A stretch of DNA of 64,000 nucleotides from the IMG/VR virus record IMGVR_UViG_3300032030_002802, positions 32,001 to 96,000 of that record. One strand, given 5' to 3'. Numbering within the stretch: position 1 is the first letter of the stretch; every line of letters starts with the position of its first letter. The translations under genes were made by a program, and so were the position numbers. The notes below the pieces were generated by a model, which was not told where the DNA came from, did no database searches, and was given only the letters and a program-made list of their open reading frames with translations. Origin of the DNA: a virus. Its lineage: Duplodnaviria > Caudoviricetes. Positions 60,751 to 64,000 of this stretch are shown here, one piece after another.

Positions 60751-62934
60751 CTAGTTGAGGTCGATCACCGAGTCCATGTGCGGGATAACCGCACGCTCGT
60801 GCGTCGCCATCACGACCTGCGCGTTCATGTTGCGCGCGAGGTCCTTCGTCTTGGTCAGCAGCACGCCGAACCGGTCGACGTTGCTGTCGTCCAGGTACGC
60901 GGTCGGCTCGTCCAGTGACAGCAGCCCCAGCTTGCCGGCGAACATCGTGTAGATCGCGAGGCGGAACGCCACGGCCAGCTGCACCCGCTCGCCTCCGGAC
61001 AGCACGTCCGTTCCGGGCGGGTCCTCCGGCCTGTCGCGGCCGTCGGTGAACTGGACCCTGAATCCGAGCTGCTCCGTATCCGGTATCACTATGAACGGCG
61101 CCGTGAAGTTCCCGAGGAAGCGGTTGACGTCGTCCGTCAGCGCCTCCAGGGTCTGCGTCACGAGCACGCGCGGCCCGTTCGTGTAGTGGAACCAGTCCTT
61201 CACGTGCTCGACGACCTGCAGCCGCTTCGCGAGCTCGTCCTGCTCGGCCTGCGCCTTCCGCAGCGACTCGACGGTCTGCGCCATCGCGGCGATCGTGTTC
61301 GCCACCTCGTCGCGCGTGGCCGTGCTGCGCGTCACCGCCATCCGGAGCTCGGTGTGGCGGGCGCGGCGCCTGTCGGCCTCGGCCACGACCATCTCCATGG
61401 CGGAGCGGGCCTGTGACCAGTCCGCCGCGGCTTCCCTGCCGCAGAGCTTGACCGCCTCGGCCTCAGCCTCGTCGCGCCTTGCCTGCGCGGCCAGCAGGGC
61501 CTTGTCGGCCACCTGCGACCTTAGTTCCGCGTCGTGCACGGCCTGCTTGTGGCCGGTCGCCGCCGCGTCGTACGCGGCCTGGGCGGCCAGCTGCGCCTGC
61601 ACTTCCCCGAGGACACGCTCGACGGTCGCCTTGTCGACCTTCGGCGCCTCCAGGTTGGCCAGCGCGGCACGCTCCGCCTCGACGCGGGCGTTCAGCCTCG
61701 CGGACTCGCGGCCCCAGTTGTCGAGCGCCATGCGCCTGGCCGCCAGCTGCGAGCTGAGCGCGCTGGCCTTGCCGGCGAGGCCGGTCTCGCGGAGCCTCAG
61801 CGACGCGAGCTCGTCGCGCAGGCGCCGGGCCATGCCGGCGTCGAGCACCTTGCCGCACACGGGGCAGACGGACTCGTCGCCGTTGAGCACGCCGACGGAC
61901 TTGGCGCGGATGGCTATCTCCGAGCGCACCGTCGCAAGCTCGGCCGTGGCCGCGTCCAGCTCGGCGGACGCCCTGTCGACGTCCTCCTGCGTGCACGGCG
62001 GCTGTGGCAGCGCGGACAGGTTCCGCTGCGCGTCGGCCAGCCTGGACTGCCCGAGCTCGAGGGCGTGGATCTTGCGGAGCTCGTCCCTGAGGACGGCCTC
62101 CTGGCCAGTCAGCATCGCGCGGTCGTGGCCGGGGTCCGGGCCGAGGGCCGCCGCGGCTTGCCTGGCCTGCGCCTCGCCCTCCGCCGCCGCCCTGACGGCC
62201 TGCTCGCAGCTGACCACGGCCTCGCGCGCCTGCAGCACGGCGGACACCGCCGCTATCGCCCGCGACAGGTTGGCCGTGCGGGAGTCGTCGACCTCGCCGA
62301 ACTCGGCCAGGTCCCGCTCCGCCGCGCGCACCGCGTCGTCCAGCTCCGCCTTCCGGGCCTCCAGCTCGCCGAGCTTCTTCACGGCGTCGGTCAGCTGGAT
62401 GTCGTAGTTGAGCGGCTTGGTCGCGCCGTACAGCCAGTCGGTGAGGTTCTTGTGGATCTTGGCCGCGTCGATCCCGCGCAGCTTCTGGAACGCGACCTCG
62501 CGGTCCCGCTTGTCGGTCTTCGCCGAGATGATGGCGTCCACCTCCGTCTGCCGGACGAAGACCGACTGCTTGAGCAGGTCCCTGTCGACGTGCAGGCGGG
62601 TCTCCAGCTCCTTCGCCACGTTCGTTATGCCGGACGTGGTGACGCCGTCGTACTCGAGCGTCACCTTGTTGGAGGACACGGAGCGCTCGATGCGCCCGGG
62701 CTTCCCGTCCTGCTCGAACTCCAGCGTGACATGGCCCTCCTTCGCGCCCCAGTGGAGGAGTTCGGCCTTGTTCTTGCCGGGCTGCTCGCCGGTCAGGACG
62801 AACTGGAGGGCGCCGAGGAAGTTCGACTTCCCGACGCCGTTGTGCCCCACCACCGCGATGAGGTTTCCGACTACCGTGATCTCCCTGTGCTCGTGCTGGC
62901 AGTAGTTCACCAGCTCGATTTTCTTCAGGATCAT
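60751..62934 (-). CDS. sbcC: SbcC/Rad50-like SMC ATPase
   Basis: GHNGVGKS, coiled coils, CPVC hook, LSGGE, LDEPT and ATH. Confidence 0.93.
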   Translation of the reverse strand: MILKKIELVNYCQHEHREITVVGNLIAVVGHNGVGKSNFLGALQFVLTGEQPGKNKAELLHWGAKEGHVTLEFEQDGKPGRIERSVSSNKVTLEYDGVTTSGITNVAKELETRLHVDRDLLKQSVFVRQTEVDAIISAKTDKRDREVAFQKLRGIDAAKIHKNLTDWLYGATKPLNYDIQLTDAVKKLGELEARKAELDDAVRAAERDLAEFGEVDDSRTANLSRAIAAVSAVLQAREAVVSCEQAVRAAAEGEAQARQAAAALGPDPGHDRAMLTGQEAVLRDELRKIHALELGQSRLADAQRNLSALPQPPCTQEDVDRASAELDAATAELATVRSEIAIRAKSVGVLNGDESVCPVCGKVLDAGMARRLRDELASLRLRETGLAGKASALSSQLAARRMALDNWGRESARLNARVEAERAALANLEAPKVDKATVERVLGEVQAQLAAQAAYDAAATGHKQAVHDAELRSQVADKALLAAQARRDEAEAEAVKLCGREAAADWSQARSAMEMVVAEADRRRARHTELRMAVTRSTATRDEVANTIAAMAQTVESLRKAQAEQDELAKRLQVVEHVKDWFHYTNGPRVLVTQTLEALTDDVNRFLGNFTAPFIVIPDTEQLGFRVQFTDGRDRPEDPPGTDVLSGGERVQLAVAFRLAIYTMFAGKLGLLSLDEPTAYLDDSNVDRFGVLLTKTKDLARNMNAQVVMATHERAVIPHMDSVIDLN

Positions 62935-63506
62935 TCCTGGTCTCCCCTGTTCCTCGACAGGACGCCGGTGCCCCAGGCGTCGCACTTCTTGTCTTCGCCG
63001 ATGACGGCGATGGTCACGGAGACGGTCCAGGGGGCGCGGGCGAACTTGGGGTCGGCGCGCTTCACGACCTTCGCGCCCTCGACGCGGGGCTGGACCTGGT
63101 AGCGGCGCGGGTCGGGGAACTGCGTCGCGCGGTACCAGAAGACCGACGGGTTGTTCAGGAAGTCCTTCGCGTCCGCCTCGGCCAGCGCCTTCACCGGGAA
63201 CGACCCCAGGTTGAGCGTGATCTCGTGCGGGGTCAGGCGCACGGAAGCGGGGGTGCGGTGGCGCGTGACGGCCGGGGCCTCGGCTGGCTTCTCGGGCGCT
63301 GCGGGCTTCTCGGCCTTCGCCGGCTTGGCCGGGGCCTTGGGCTTGGGGGCCTTCTTCGCTGGCGCGGGCGCGTCTGCGGCCTCGAGGCGCATGGCGTAGG
63401 CGTGCGCCAGCCCCTTGAGCAGCGTGGTGGCCTGCTTGAATTCCTCGAGCGCCCGCTCCAGGTGTTCCTGCGCGAGCTGCGCGGTGTTGGGTTTATTCTT
63501 GCTCAT
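62931..63506 (-). CDS. Hypothetical protein with Lys/Ala/Pro linker
   Basis: Coupled ORF between sbcD and sbcC. Confidence 0.65.
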   Translation of the reverse strand: MSKNKPNTAQLAQEHLERALEEFKQATTLLKGLAHAYAMRLEAADAPAPAKKAPKPKAPAKPAKAEKPAAPEKPAEAPAVTRHRTPASVRLTPHEITLNLGSFPVKALAEADAKDFLNNPSVFWYRATQFPDPRRYQVQPRVEGAKVVKRADPKFARAPWTVSVTIAVIGEDKKCDAWGTGVLSRNRGDQE

Positions 63507-64000
63507 TTCTGCTTCTCCTTTACGTACTTGTCCATTATTTCCTTTGCCCGTTCCGGGTTGTCAATGACCTGGGCTATGAGCGCGGCCTCGTCCGTGTCCG
63601 GCGGGAAGAACCTGCCGATCGCGTCCTTCAGCCCGATCATCACCCGCGCCTTGCCGGACTGCTCCTCCAGCGCCTTGCTGCCGTACGGGAGGATCCGGTA
63701 TAGCCTGTCCTTGAGGAGCTCCTCGACGCGCGTTATCGGCTTGCCTGGGGCCGACAGGTTGACCTTCACGAGCCAGAACGTGTCCGGGTCGTTGAGGACC
63801 GGGGCCAGCTTCGCGTCTATCGCCTCCGCGGAGTCGACGTCGACGACCTCGAACCTGCGGGTGTCCAGCGCCAGGGAGTCGCGCATGTACGGCTGTCCGT
63901 GCGCGGAGTGTTCGGCGGCGTGGACGACGTCCACGTACTTCGGGCCGAGCTCTGAGATGTCGTTCATCTCCGTGCTGCCGGGATACCGGTATATCCGCCC
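63503..64000 (-). CDS. sbcD: SbcD/Mre11-like nuclease, C-terminal part (5' end outside window)
   Basis: Frame stays open to the window edge, giving ...RYPGSTEMND (YPGS metallophosphoesterase motif). Lies two genes upstream of sbcC. Confidence 0.7.
   Translation of the reverse strand, partial: GRIYRYPGSTEMNDISELGPKYVDVVHAAEHSAHGQPYMRDSLALDTRRFEVVDVDSAEAIDAKLAPVLNDPDTFWLVKVNLSAPGKPITRVEELLKDRLYRILPYGSKALEEQSGKARVMIGLKDAIGRFFPPDTDEAALIAQVIDNPERAKEIMDKYVKEKQK

Noticed and set aside
5-63399. Numerous long + strand ORFs (e.g. 1920-3584, 45801-47771, 58972-60699)
   Set aside because: Antisense shadows of high-GC minus-strand genes, with no recognisable motifs.
1-64000. tRNA/rRNA genes and virion structural genes
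   Set aside because: None recognised by eye; tRNAscan-SE and HMM searches would be needed to exclude them.

Overview
High-GC segment of a large tailed-phage genome. Nearly all credible genes lie on the minus strand in tightly coupled operons, and no virion genes are recognisable. Reading in the direction of transcription (64000 down to 1): SbcD (partial) and SbcC, an SF2 helicase, a DnaB-like helicase and a primase; then a UDG-fused family A DNA polymerase interrupted by two group I introns that flank a 12-nt micro-exon, the second intron carrying an HNH endonuclease. Next come many small accessory genes (C5 and N4/N6 methyltransferases, an acyl carrier protein lacking its catalytic Ser, a nucleotidyltransferase-like protein), a probable gp32-like SSB, a RecA-like protein, an HNH protein, an SSB and a Gp88-like protein. 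The main discovery is at about 1-5600. A stand-alone reverse transcriptase (1788-3077), which lacks group II intron, DGR and classical retron hallmarks, sits among three non-coding arrays totalling 16 units at a period of about 145 nt. The units differ in sequence but share one architecture: an invariant YAGAT motif followed within 0-5 nt by a long imperfect hairpin. Wobble pairs favour folding of the + strand, which is the cDNA sense of the operon transcript. This suggests a multi-template, retron-like system that makes a library of different ssDNA hairpins. All calls were made by eye from motifs; no database searches were run.
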